From an uncultured Haliea sp. (lineage in GTDB: Bacteria > Pseudomonadota > Gammaproteobacteria > Pseudomonadales > Halieaceae), in assembly GCA_963974125.1 (NCBI GenBank), contig CAXBCH010000014.1:32018-96017 (forward strand): a stretch of DNA of 64,000 nt, in the 5' to 3' direction. Of this stretch, positions 9,532-19,267 are shown in pieces. The translations under genes were made by a program, and so were the position numbers. Within the stretch, counting starts at the first letter, position 1; each line of letters opens with the position of its first letter. The notes beneath the pieces were generated by a model. The model saw nothing but the letters and a program-made list of their open reading frames with translations, was not told the DNA's origin and did no database searches.

Positions 9532-12432
9532 TCAGAAGCGAACACTGGCTCCGAGGAACCAGTACTGTCCCAGCGCATCGTAGACCCCGGGCAGGGTGTT
9601 GCCATTGCCGGCCGGGGGATTGACCTGCACCAGCGGTGGGGCCTTGTCCAGCAGGTTGTTCACCCCGGCCTGTAGCGTGACGCCTTCCCGGGCCGCCCAG
9701 CGCAGGGACAGGTCGAGATAATCATGGGCCGGTACCTCGGGCCCGACACCGGTAACCGGCGACAGCCCACCGATGTGCCGCCAGAGGCCGCTGACCTCCA
9801 GCTGCCAGGGGGTGTCCCAGGTCAGGCGCAGATAGTTGCGGACCTTCGGTATCACGCTGTTGCAGTTGCCGCCCCAGCGTCCGCGACATTCCAGTACGGC
9901 GCCCCCCGGCGCGTCCTGGAGCTCCCAGGACTGTACCCGGGTAAACAGATTGTGGAGGCGCAGGCGACCCGCGGCGCCCAGTTCCCGGCTGAACGCCAGT
10001 ACCAGGTCCAGGCCACGGGTACGCAGATAGCCGGCATTCTGTTTGCGCGCGTCCACGAGCCCGGTGCCGGTGGGGCGCCAAAGATCGCCGCGCTCGGGAT
10101 CGCGTTGCACTTGCCGGCACAGGCTTGCCAGGCCGGTGTCGAGGCAGCCCTGGAGCGTGCTGGCCGGGTCCGGCTCGGTGATTGCACGCTCGATTTCAAT
10201 GTCGTAGGCGTCCAGGCTCAGGAGCATCCCCTCGGCCCAGTCCGGCGTGTAGACCAGCCCCAGGGTGCGGGTGCTGGCATCCTCGGGCTGCAGCGCATTA
10301 TTGCCGCCAGCGAGGGAGCGCAAATTGTTGTTGGGGCTCTGGGGGATGCTGCCGTATTGTTCGGCGCTGACACCGCTGCGGGCGCAATCGGCCAGTGAGC
10401 GTGCAGGTGAGGCGCCGGCACAGGGGTCGCCCGTGCTGGCAGTGAACGTGCGGGTACCCTCGGGACTGAACAGTTCCTCGATATTGGCCACCCGGGTGGC
10501 CTCCTGCAGGCTGCCTCGCAGCCGCAGCGCGGGATTGATTGCCCAGACACTGGCCAGCTTGAAACTGTTGCTGGTGGTGTCGGTGGAATAGCGGGCATGG
10601 CGATAACCGAGATCCAGCGTCAGCAGTTCTATCCCCGGCCGGTTCTCCACCAGAGGCGTGTGCAGTTCCGCATAGGCTTCGGTGATGTCGAAGCGACCGT
10701 CCAGCACTGGCACGGGTAGGCCCGTGCCAGCGGCGTCACCCGACCGGTACAACTGATCCGGGTTGTAGCGCAGGGTCTCCTCCCGATATTCGCCGCCGAG
10801 GACGACGGCGGTCCGGCTTGCAGCCAGAGGCGATTGCAGCAGGGGCAGTGCCGGTTCACCGCCGATCCAGCCGGCGACCACCGCCTGGGAGGTGCGGCCA
10901 CGGGCGCTGAGCGGCGCGCCCAGATAGGCAATGGCTTCCGGGGTGACCGCACCCTCGGTAAAGATGTTCCAGGGCACACAGGCGGGATCGCTGCCATCGA
11001 GGCGGGACGCGCACACGGGCTCGCCGCTGGCCGGATCGCGAGTGACGTCAAGGGCCTTTCGCATCCGCGACACCAGCAGTTCATTGGCGGTCGAGTCGCG
11101 CAGGGTCACTTCCGCAAACTGGCCGTAGACTTCGTACTGCCAGCGTTGCCCCAGTTTTCCCTCCAGCCCCAGCAGGGCGCGGTGCGACTGGTGGTCAATG
11201 CTGCGGCGGCGCGGGCCGCCCTCGACATTGCGTCGGCCGATAAACAGCAGCGGTGGCTCATCCCCCTCAAGTCCGTAGCTGTCGCAAACCAGCGAGCGCT
11301 GCTGCGCGGACAATAGCGGATTGTCGCAGCGGAAGGCGCTGTCGAGGAAAAAGGCACCGGAGGGCGCGATCTGGGCCGTGGTGTTGTTGTCCATTGCCAT
11401 CAGCTGGGTGAACACCCGGACCCGGGGCGAGAATGCGTAGTGCCCCAGCACACCGGCGGTCCAGCGCCGGTCCGGGCGCTGGAAGTGGTTGAGGGAGGCA
11501 AAATTGTAGCTGCGGCCATCGTAGGGCAGGAAGCTGTCGCCCTGAACGATGACATCAATCGGGGGCAGTCCGAAGTCGACCGGCAGCAGGCCGAAATCCG
11601 TAAAGCGGCCCTCGCCGATCACAGAGGAGCCGAAACAGCGGCGATTGTCGCCTCTCTGCTGCAGGGCGCAGGCGCTGTGAATCCGGTCGGCCTGGATAAC
11701 GGCGTCGCTCTCGCGCCAGGTTGCGTAGGCAGTGAGGTTGCCCGCGCCGTCAGCGAAGTTGTGCCCCGCCCGTAGTGCGATGTGCTGGCTGTCGCCATCG
11801 CGGACGCTGCGAGCCGGCAAGTCGAAGCCGCCGGCATCCAGCAGCCTGGCAATGTCGCTGTCACTGTTCCGGTGCCAGTACTGGCTGAATTGCGCCTCCA
11901 GCCCCACACCCTCGAAGTCGTCGACGAGCAGGAAATTCACCACTCCCGCCACCGCATCCGAGCCGTAGGTGGCAGAGGCACCGCCGGAGAGGATTTCCAC
12001 CCGCTTGATCAGCGCCGCCGGGATCTGGTTGACATCCGCCACCCCGGCACTCAGCGGGGAGCCCCCCGGCAGGCGCCTGCCGTCCACCAGCACCAGGGTG
12101 CGCTGGGGGCCGAGGTTGCGCAGGTCGACAGTCGCGGTGCCGGTGCTGCCATTGGCGGTGTTGCGGTTCTGATCGGTGTAGACCTGGGGCAAGGCCCGCA
12201 GCAGATCTTCCAGCCGGTCGCTGCCGCCGTGGGAGAGATCATCCGCCGACAGGTCAACCACCGGGCTTGGGCTGCCGAGATTGACGCGCTGGATGCGGCT
12301 GCCGGTGACCAGCACTTCTTCAATGATCCTGTCCCGGTCCTTCGCCGTAAGGCTGGCGCCCGCGGCTTGCGGAATCAAAACCAGATTCCCCAGCAACGTA
12401 CCTGCAAGCAGGCACTTGCGGAAGTCATTCAT
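9532..12432 (-). CDS. TonB-dependent receptor (Cys-rich)
   Basis: Signal peptide from MNDFRKCLL, TonB box EEVLVTGSRI, plug motifs LRNLGPQRTLVLVDGRR and GASATYGSDAVAGVVNF, C-terminal Phe. Confidence 0.92.
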   Translation of the reverse strand: MNDFRKCLLAGTLLGNLVLIPQAAGASLTAKDRDRIIEEVLVTGSRIQRVNLGSPSPVVDLSADDLSHGGSDRLEDLLRALPQVYTDQNRNTANGSTGTATVDLRNLGPQRTLVLVDGRRLPGGSPLSAGVADVNQIPAALIKRVEILSGGASATYGSDAVAGVVNFLLVDDFEGVGLEAQFSQYWHRNSDSDIARLLDAGGFDLPARSVRDGDSQHIALRAGHNFADGAGNLTAYATWRESDAVIQADRIHSACALQQRGDNRRCFGSSVIGEGRFTDFGLLPVDFGLPPIDVIVQGDSFLPYDGRSYNFASLNHFQRPDRRWTAGVLGHYAFSPRVRVFTQLMAMDNNTTAQIAPSGAFFLDSAFRCDNPLLSAQQRSLVCDSYGLEGDEPPLLFIGRRNVEGGPRRRSIDHQSHRALLGLEGKLGQRWQYEVYGQFAEVTLRDSTANELLVSRMRKALDVTRDPASGEPVCASRLDGSDPACVPWNIFTEGAVTPEAIAYLGAPLSARGRTSQAVVAGWIGGEPALPLLQSPLAASRTAVVLGGEYREETLRYNPDQLYRSGDAAGTGLPVPVLDGRFDITEAYAELHTPLVENRPGIELLTLDLGYRHARYSTDTTSNSFKLASVWAINPALRLRGSLQEATRVANIEELFSPEGTRTFTASTGDPCAGASPARSLADCARSGVSAEQYGSIPQSPNNNLRSLAGGNNALQPEDASTRTLGLVYTPDWAEGMLLSLDAYDIEIERAITEPDPASTLQGCLDTGLASLCRQVQRDPERGDLWRPTGTGLVDARKQNAGYLRTRGLDLVLAFSRELGAAGRLRLHNLFTRVQSWELQDAPGGAVLECRGRWGGNCNSVIPKVRNYLRLTWDTPWQLEVSGLWRHIGGLSPVTGVGPEVPAHDYLDLSLRWAAREGVTLQAGVNNLLDKAPPLVQVNPPAGNGNTLPGVYDALGQYWFLGASVRF

Positions 12433-12574
12433 CTGTCTGCCCCCGGTCGACCCATTACCCAAGCCGCATCTGCGCACATGTCCATGGCAGGCACCCTGCA
12501 GCAACAAGCTTAACACCGGTCAATGAACTTCTCTGCACTACCTCTGCAGCAGGTTTGCGCCGATGGTATTGAGC

Positions 12575-15500
12575 TCAGGTGGACGGAACCTGGACAGTCG
12601 GGGTTGCAATCGTCTGCGTTTGCCGCAGCGGCAGGTAGTAGGCGGGCAGCACAAACAGGGTAAACAGCGTCCCCACCAGCATACCGGCGGTGATCACCAG
12701 GCCGATGCTGAAGCGGCTGTTGGCGCCGGCCCCGGTGGCAATAACCAGCGGCAATACGCCGAGCACGGTGGCGAAGGTGGTCATCAGGATCGGGCGCAGG
12801 CGCAGGGCCGCCGCCTCCAGCACTGCATCCCGGTGGCTGCGGCCATCCTGGCGCAGGTTGTTGGCGAACTCCACGATCAGGATCCCGTGCTTGCTGATCA
12901 GGCCGATCAGGGTCAGCAGCCCGATCTGGGTGTAGATGTTGAGGGTGGCGAAACCCAGGGCCAGCGGCACCGTGGCGCCAAAAATGGACAGCGGCACCCC
13001 CACCAGTACCACCAGCGGGTCGCGGAAGCTGTTGAACTGGGCTGACAGGACCAGAAAGATCAGGATCAGCGCCAGGCTGAACAGCAGCGGGAAGGAGGCG
13101 CTCTCCTCAATGAAGCGGCGGGAGCCGCCGGTGTAGCCGGCGCGGAAGCCGCTGGGGGCGATTTCCTCCAGTTTCGTTTCCAGGAACGCCAGCCCGTCGC
13201 CCAGCGAGTTCGGGGGCATCATCATGCCCTGGATGGTGGTGCTGTTGAGCTGCTGGTACTGGCTCAGTTCATTGGGTTCGACCCGCGAGCCCAGTGTCAC
13301 CAGCGCCGACAGGGGCACCAGTTCGTCGCTGGCGGTGCGCAGGTAATATTGCTCCAGCGCCTCCCGGGTGAGGCGGAAGTCGCGGCCGGCCTGGGGGATG
13401 ACCTTGTAGCTGCGGCCCTCGAGTTCGAAGCGGTTGATTTCCGCCTCGCCCAGCATCACCGCCAGGGTCTGGCCGATCTCCTCCATGGAGACACCCAGGC
13501 GCGATGCCAGCGGCCGGTCTATGCGCACTTCGATTTCGGGCCGGTCCAGGGCCAGGGTCTGGTTGACGAAGATGAACAGCCCCGATTCGCGAGCTGCTTC
13601 CAGCAATGTCACGCCGACCTGGTAGACCTCGCTGTGATCGGCCGTGGAGGCGACCACGAAGCTGACTGGCAGCCCCGCATCCGAGCCCGGTAGCGAGGGA
13701 GTCCCGAAAGAGAAGGCCTCCAGCCCGGCGATGCTGCCCAGCCGCTGCTGGAATTCGGCCTGTATCTCCTGCTGGCTGCGCTCGCGCTCGCTCCAGTGGT
13801 GCAGTGTCAGGCCGCCGAAGTTGAATTCCGGGGAAACCGCTTGCCAGGAGTGGCTCACCTCGGGAATCTCGCGCCAGATGTCCACCACCTGGTCCAGAAA
13901 GCGGTTGATGTACTCCAGGTTGGCGTAACGGGGTGTGCTGCCGACCACGTAGAGGGCGCCGGTATCCTCTTCCGGTGCCAGTTCCTCGCGCGTCAGCGAG
14001 AACAGCAGCGGCAGGCTGGCAATGAGCACCATGCTGAACATCAGCACCGCGCCGCGGTTATCCAGGCAGTGTGCCAGCAGACGCTGATAGGCCAGGGTGA
14101 AACGTTCGAAATGGTGATCCAGCCAGTTGGCAAAGCGCCCCTGGTGCGCCTGATCCTTGAGCAGGCGCGAGCACATCATCGGGCTCAGGGTCAGGGCGAT
14201 AATGCCAGAGACCATGACGGCACCGGCCAGGGTCAGGGCGAATTCGCTGAACAGGGTACCGGTGAGACCGCCGATAAAGGCGATGGGTGCATAGACTGCG
14301 GCCAGGGTGAGGGTCATTGCCACCACCGGCCAGGCTACCTCGCGCGCGCCCCGGATGGCCGCCTCCATCGGCGCCATGCCATGCTCGATGTGGCGATGGA
14401 CATTCTCCACCACCACGATGGCGTCATCCACCACCAGGCCGATGGCAATCACCATGGCCAGCAGGGTCAGCAGATTCAGGGAGAAGCCGAGGCTGAAGAT
14501 CAGGAACACCACGCCAATCAGGGACAGCGGGATGGCGACCAGCGGGATCAGCACCACCCGCAGCGAGCCCAGGAACAGGTAGATCACCAGAATGACAATA
14601 AGCACCGCTTCCAGCAGGGTGTTGCGCACTTCCTTGAGCGCGGCGTCAATGGCGATGGTACCGTCCCAGTCCAGGTACAGCTCCAGGTCCGCGGGCAGCG
14701 CCGCGGTGATGGCGGGCAGGGCATCGTGCACGGCGGCGCTCACCGCCAGCGGGTTGGCATCCGGGGTGGTGGTGATGGAGATGAAGGTGGCCTCGCGGCC
14801 GCTGGAGAGGGTCTGGAACTGGCTGTTTTCCTCTGCCAGCTCAATGTCGGCGACATCGCCCAGGCTGACCTGGCGGTCGTCCTCGCGGAACACCGTTAGC
14901 GCGGCGAATGCTTCCGGTGTCTGCAGGTCTGTGCGTGGATCCACGGTGGCCCGAATCAGTTCACTCTCGGTGCTGCCGGCCGTGGCGATGAAATTGTCCC
15001 GGCTGATGGTGGCGTGGACATCGCTGGCGGTGACGCCGTGGGCGGCCATGCGCAGTGGGTCCAGCCAGATCCGCATCGCCGGAAACCTGCCCCCGAGGAT
15101 CTCGGCCTTGCCAACGCCCTCCAAGGTGGCGAGTTCCGGTTGCACACTGCGCGCGAGGTAGTCGGAGATTTCCGCCGTGCTCATCTGCTCGCTGTAGAAC
15201 GCGAGGTAGATCAGGGCATCGTCGCCGCCACCGGTGGTCACCACCGGGTCATAGACCTCACGGGGCAGCTGGAACCGCGCTTCATTGACCTTGGCGATGA
15301 CTTCGGTGAGCACGTCGCTGCTGTTTTCGCCCAGACGCACGTGGACGCTGATTTCGGAAGTGCCGGGGTTGCTGGTCGAGGTCATGTACTCGACGCCGCG
15401 GGCGCCAGCGATGGTGCTTTGCAGGGGCGTGGTGACGAAACCCTGCACCGAGCGGGCGCTGGCGCCGGGATAGACCGTGACCACGCGGATGACGCTGCGC

Positions 15501-15622
15501 TCGACCTCGGGAAATTCCCGGATCGACGTTCTGTTGGCCGCCGCGATGCCCAGCAAAAGGATCAGCGCGCTGACCACGAGGGCCAGCACCGGGCGCTGGA
15601 TAAAGGTATCGGTGAAGCGCAC
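12575..15622 (-). CDS. RND efflux transporter permease subunit (HAE1, MexI/MexW-like)
   Basis: FIQRPVLA, IGLVVDDAIVVVEN, GLISKHGILIVEFAN and RLRPILMTT; 1015 aa. Confidence 0.93.
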   Translation of the reverse strand: MRFTDTFIQRPVLALVVSALILLLGIAAANRTSIREFPEVERSVIRVVTVYPGASARSVQGFVTTPLQSTIAGARGVEYMTSTSNPGTSEISVHVRLGENSSDVLTEVIAKVNEARFQLPREVYDPVVTTGGGDDALIYLAFYSEQMSTAEISDYLARSVQPELATLEGVGKAEILGGRFPAMRIWLDPLRMAAHGVTASDVHATISRDNFIATAGSTESELIRATVDPRTDLQTPEAFAALTVFREDDRQVSLGDVADIELAEENSQFQTLSSGREATFISITTTPDANPLAVSAAVHDALPAITAALPADLELYLDWDGTIAIDAALKEVRNTLLEAVLIVILVIYLFLGSLRVVLIPLVAIPLSLIGVVFLIFSLGFSLNLLTLLAMVIAIGLVVDDAIVVVENVHRHIEHGMAPMEAAIRGAREVAWPVVAMTLTLAAVYAPIAFIGGLTGTLFSEFALTLAGAVMVSGIIALTLSPMMCSRLLKDQAHQGRFANWLDHHFERFTLAYQRLLAHCLDNRGAVLMFSMVLIASLPLLFSLTREELAPEEDTGALYVVGSTPRYANLEYINRFLDQVVDIWREIPEVSHSWQAVSPEFNFGGLTLHHWSERERSQQEIQAEFQQRLGSIAGLEAFSFGTPSLPGSDAGLPVSFVVASTADHSEVYQVGVTLLEAARESGLFIFVNQTLALDRPEIEVRIDRPLASRLGVSMEEIGQTLAVMLGEAEINRFELEGRSYKVIPQAGRDFRLTREALEQYYLRTASDELVPLSALVTLGSRVEPNELSQYQQLNSTTIQGMMMPPNSLGDGLAFLETKLEEIAPSGFRAGYTGGSRRFIEESASFPLLFSLALILIFLVLSAQFNSFRDPLVVLVGVPLSIFGATVPLALGFATLNIYTQIGLLTLIGLISKHGILIVEFANNLRQDGRSHRDAVLEAAALRLRPILMTTFATVLGVLPLVIATGAGANSRFSIGLVITAGMLVGTLFTLFVLPAYYLPLRQTQTIATPTVQVPST

Positions 15623-15650
15623 CCTCAGGCTCCTGTCATGCGGTTGCTGG

Positions 15651-16721
15651 TCACAGTGGCGCGTTTTCGTCTATCTGGATGCTGGCGCCGCGGTACAGCT
15701 TGTTCTGGCCCGCGGTCACAATTCGCTCCCCGGCCGCCAGACCTTCAAGAATGGCGATCCGGCCGTTGGCTGCGGCGCCGATGCGCACCACCCGGGGCTG
15801 CACCTGCAGGCCGCCTTCTTCCCCGGGCTCGACCACGAAAACGGTATCGCCGCTGGTGGAGTAGGTGATGGCGGTCTCCGGCACGCTGACCCGGGTCTCG
15901 GTCCGGTCCAGGTCGATGCTGATCCTGGCAAACATGCCCGGCAGCAGGCCTTCACTCTCGCTCAGTTCAGCCCGCAGCAGCAGGCTGCGGGTGTCGGCAT
16001 CCACCAGCGAGTCCAGTGCCGTGAGGGTGGCAGCGAACAGCCGCTGTTCATACCCGGGCACCGCGACCCGCAGCCGCAGGCCGGGCCGCAGCAACGGCGC
16101 GAAGCGGCCGGGAACCGCAAAATCAACTTCCAGCGTGTCCAGGTCCTGCAGGCTCGCTACCCGGGTCCCGGCCTCGACATAGTCACCAACCCGGGCCTGG
16201 ACGATACCCACGGTGCCGGCGAACGGCGCCCGTAACTGCTTGTTGGCGAGCACTGCTTCGGTCTCCGCCAGCTGCGCCTCGGCCACCGCCAGATCAGCCC
16301 GGGAGCGGTCGTACTGGGTCTGGGGGATGGACTTCTGCTCCAGCAGGCGCGCATCGCGCTCGAACAGCAGTCGCGCCAGCTCGACAGCAGCCCGCTGGCG
16401 CTCGCGGCTGGCCAGCTCCGCGCGGTCGTTCAGCTGCAGCAGCAGTTGGCCTGCTGCCACGCGCTCTCCTGAGCGCACCGCGACCGCTGTTACTTCGCCG
16501 CTTTCTTCAGTGCTGAGCTCGACCCCGCGGGCGGCCCGGATGCTCCCGGTCGCCGTCAGCGTCTCTGGCCACAGGCTTTCTGCAGCAGTCGCCGCAGCGA
16601 CAGTGATCGGTGGCTGGCTGACGTCCTGGTTCGCATAGCCGGTAAACTGCTGATAGAGGTAGGCGGCAATCGTGCCGAATATCAGCAGCAACAGGGCGAG
16701 GGCAATAAGGTAAGCGCGCAA
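15651..16721 (-). CDS. RND efflux periplasmic adaptor subunit (MFP)
   Basis: N-terminal TM, lipoyl-like halves, RAPFAGTVG and LLPGMFARI; directly upstream of the RND permease; TTG start. Confidence 0.9.
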   Translation of the reverse strand: MRAYLIALALLLLIFGTIAAYLYQQFTGYANQDVSQPPITVAAATAAESLWPETLTATGSIRAARGVELSTEESGEVTAVAVRSGERVAAGQLLLQLNDRAELASRERQRAAVELARLLFERDARLLEQKSIPQTQYDRSRADLAVAEAQLAETEAVLANKQLRAPFAGTVGIVQARVGDYVEAGTRVASLQDLDTLEVDFAVPGRFAPLLRPGLRLRVAVPGYEQRLFAATLTALDSLVDADTRSLLLRAELSESEGLLPGMFARISIDLDRTETRVSVPETAITYSTSGDTVFVVEPGEEGGLQVQPRVVRIGAAANGRIAILEGLAAGERIVTAGQNKLYRGASIQIDENAPL

Positions 16722-16940
16722 AACGGGTCTCTTCTTTTTTTTGGTTGCCGACGGTGGCGTGTGGGTCGCCGTCGGTATCGTATTCTAGGGACTTTGGCCG
16801 GCGCCTGCACCGACTGAAAATGTAACAATGACCAACTCGGGGCCGCTGCCGCCCGGTGTCGCTGTGGCCTGATTCAACCTGTGCCCGGCCTTGGGTTTGC
16901 AGTATGCTAGCTGTAGGTCAAGTGGCAGAGAGGTCAGCCC

Positions 16941-18599
16941 GTGAGAACATCCCGCAAACTAGCCCAGCTGGAACGGCAAATGGCCGCCTGCAACTCCTAC
17001 GCTGAATGGTGCGAGGCGGCGCTGCAGCACGATGAGTTGTCCGGCATGCGGCGCTGGCGCGAAGTCGACCAGACCCGGCAGTACGACTACAGCCAGATCC
17101 GCCTGCGCCTGGACCGGCTGCGCAGCCTGCGTTCGCGCCACGACTACCAGGGCCTGCTGTTTACCCTCAACGAGGGCATTCACGGCAACATGGGCGGCAT
17201 GGGGCGCAGTACCCTCTACCAGCGCGCCAAGTTTGGCACCAAGCATCTTATTGAGCAGTACATCGACGAGGTGGATGATTCGCTCCGTTTCCTGGCGGAA
17301 TTGAAGAGTGATGACGTCACGCTGCAACAGAAGCTGGATTTTTTCTACCGCGCGAATATCTGTTTCGGTCGCTCGGCGCTGATGTTGAGTGGCGGCGGTG
17401 TGCTCGGGTTCTATCACCTGGGTGTGGTCAAGGCACTGCTGGAGCAGGGCCTGCTGCCCCGGGTAATTTCCGGCTCCAGCGCCGGCTCGCTGGTGGCCGG
17501 CGTCGTGGGGACCCATAGCGATGCTGAACTGGAGCACTTTTTCGACCCCGACAATGTGCACTTTGAGGCCGAGCGAGAAGCGAGCGTTTTTTCACGGATG
17601 TTTTTTGGCCGCAATCCCCAGATCGACGTGCACGACCTGGAGAAAATCATTGCCCGCCTGGTGCCGGAGATGACATTCCAGGAAGCCTACGAGAAGACCG
17701 GGCGCCAGATCAGCATTACCGTGGCGCCGGCGGAGACACACCAGCGCTCCAGGTTGCTGAATGCCATTACCTCGCCCAATGTCTATGTGCGCTCTGCGGT
17801 GATGGCGTCCTGTGCTGTCCCCGGCGTATTCCCGCCGGTGATGCTGATGGCGAAAAATGCCCACGGTGAAGCCCAGCCCTACCTGCCCACCCGCAAGTGG
17901 GTGGACGGCTCAATCGCCGACGATCTGCCAGCCAAGCGGCTGTCGCGCCTGTACAGCACCAATCACTACATCGTCAGCATGGTCAATCCCATCGCCACCC
18001 CGTTTCTGCGCGGCAATCGCAAAACCAGTGGCTTGACCGCGGCACTGGGCAGCCTGGGTGTCGGCATTGGCCGCGAAGTGCTGAATTTCTACCGTGGCAT
18101 GGTGCAGAAGAAAGGCGATAACTGGCCCCGCTTCAACCTGCTGATGAACGGCATTCATTCGCTGCTGGACCAGGAGTACAGCGGCGACATCAATATCGTT
18201 CCCAGTTTCCGCTGGTACAATCCGGCGAAGATTCTGTCGCACCTCTCCGAGAAGGAGCTGGTGGAGTTGATGCATGGCGGGGCGCACTCGGCCTTTCCCA
18301 ATATCGAGACTATCCGCATCTGTACCAAGATCAGCCGCACCATGGAGGAGATCCTGCACCGCTTCGAGTACGGGGATCTCAGGCCCAACTCCGAAGAGTA
18401 CCGCCGGCCGCGGGCTTCCCGGCGTCGACCGCCGCCCACCCGCGCGGACCGCGAGTCACAGCGGGACCTGGTCGGTGTTGTCGATGCAGCGGCGAAACCC
18501 CGGCGCCGGGCCAAGGCGAGTCGCAAGAAGGTGGCGCCTGCCCGGTCCCGGGACGGTAGCGAAAAGAGCGACGGAGGCGGTGACCGGGCCGCAGCCTGA
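16941..18599 (+). CDS. DUF3336 + patatin-like phospholipase / triacylglycerol lipase
   Basis: SGGGVLG oxyanion motif, GSSAG nucleophile elbow and WVDGS catalytic Asp. Confidence 0.88.
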   Translation: MRTSRKLAQLERQMAACNSYAEWCEAALQHDELSGMRRWREVDQTRQYDYSQIRLRLDRLRSLRSRHDYQGLLFTLNEGIHGNMGGMGRSTLYQRAKFGTKHLIEQYIDEVDDSLRFLAELKSDDVTLQQKLDFFYRANICFGRSALMLSGGGVLGFYHLGVVKALLEQGLLPRVISGSSAGSLVAGVVGTHSDAELEHFFDPDNVHFEAEREASVFSRMFFGRNPQIDVHDLEKIIARLVPEMTFQEAYEKTGRQISITVAPAETHQRSRLLNAITSPNVYVRSAVMASCAVPGVFPPVMLMAKNAHGEAQPYLPTRKWVDGSIADDLPAKRLSRLYSTNHYIVSMVNPIATPFLRGNRKTSGLTAALGSLGVGIGREVLNFYRGMVQKKGDNWPRFNLLMNGIHSLLDQEYSGDINIVPSFRWYNPAKILSHLSEKELVELMHGGAHSAFPNIETIRICTKISRTMEEILHRFEYGDLRPNSEEYRRPRASRRRPPPTRADRESQRDLVGVVDAAAKPRRRAKASRKKVAPARSRDGSEKSDGGGDRAAA

Positions 18600-18620
18600 T
18601 CGCGCCGCCGTGGTGCCGGA

Positions 18621-19253
18621 TCAGTCGACAGGCGTTGGCGGCAGGTCGGGCTTGGCGTAGGCCATGCGCCGCAGACGGCGGGTGTTGTAGTAGCTGTCCA
18701 GTCCGCTGAGGGCGACGGTGCCCGCGGTGCAGATATCCACCGCACCGTCAGCGCCCAGGCAATCGTCGGGTACCTCGGCCAGCACAATCTCCCCGATCAG
18801 GAAATGGGTATCGTTGATCTCCAGCTGCTGGTGCTCTCGCAGTTTCAGTCCCATGCGGATAGAGGCTTCGCGGACAAAAGGCGCAGCAAAACCCTCTACC
18901 CAGAGCTCCCCCAGGCCGGTGGCCGCAAACTCCGATTGCTTCCGTGGATAGCGGGCAGCAGTCTGGTGCGCGGCCTCGATAAACTGGTCGCTGACATGGT
19001 TGATGGTGTAGCAACCGGTGGCGAGGATGTTGTCCAGCGTGTGCCGTTCCACCGGGCTGGGGCGGATGATCAGCGCCAACAGCGGCGGCTGTGAGCCGAG
19101 ATGCACGACCGAGCTGATGATGGCCAGGTTGGTTTGACCCTGACGATCCGCGGTGCCCACGAGATTGGCCGGCTTGAAGCCGCTGAGGGAATTGACCAGG
19201 GCGGCGCGGTAGCGCGATTCCAGGGCGGCGATGTCCTTGCTGCTGAAGAGCAT
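18621..19253 (-). CDS. Flavin reductase family protein
   Basis: True start MLFSSKDI at 19253; NSLSGFKPANLVGT, NLAIISSVVHLGS and RHTLDNI motifs. Confidence 0.85.
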   Translation of the reverse strand: MLFSSKDIAALESRYRAALVNSLSGFKPANLVGTADRQGQTNLAIISSVVHLGSQPPLLALIIRPSPVERHTLDNILATGCYTINHVSDQFIEAAHQTAARYPRKQSEFAATGLGELWVEGFAAPFVREASIRMGLKLREHQQLEINDTHFLIGEIVLAEVPDDCLGADGAVDICTAGTVALSGLDSYYNTRRLRRMAYAKPDLPPTPVD

Positions 19254-19267
19254 GTTCGGATTCCGTG

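Noticed and set aside
3907-12432. Genomic island or mobile element around the UrcA module
   Set aside because: No integrase, transposase, tRNA target or flanking direct repeats seen; only a local GC dip in one gene.
16735-16775. Intrinsic terminator
   Set aside because: The T-run precedes the hairpin on the + strand and reads as an A-run after it on the - strand, so the geometry is wrong for termination either way.
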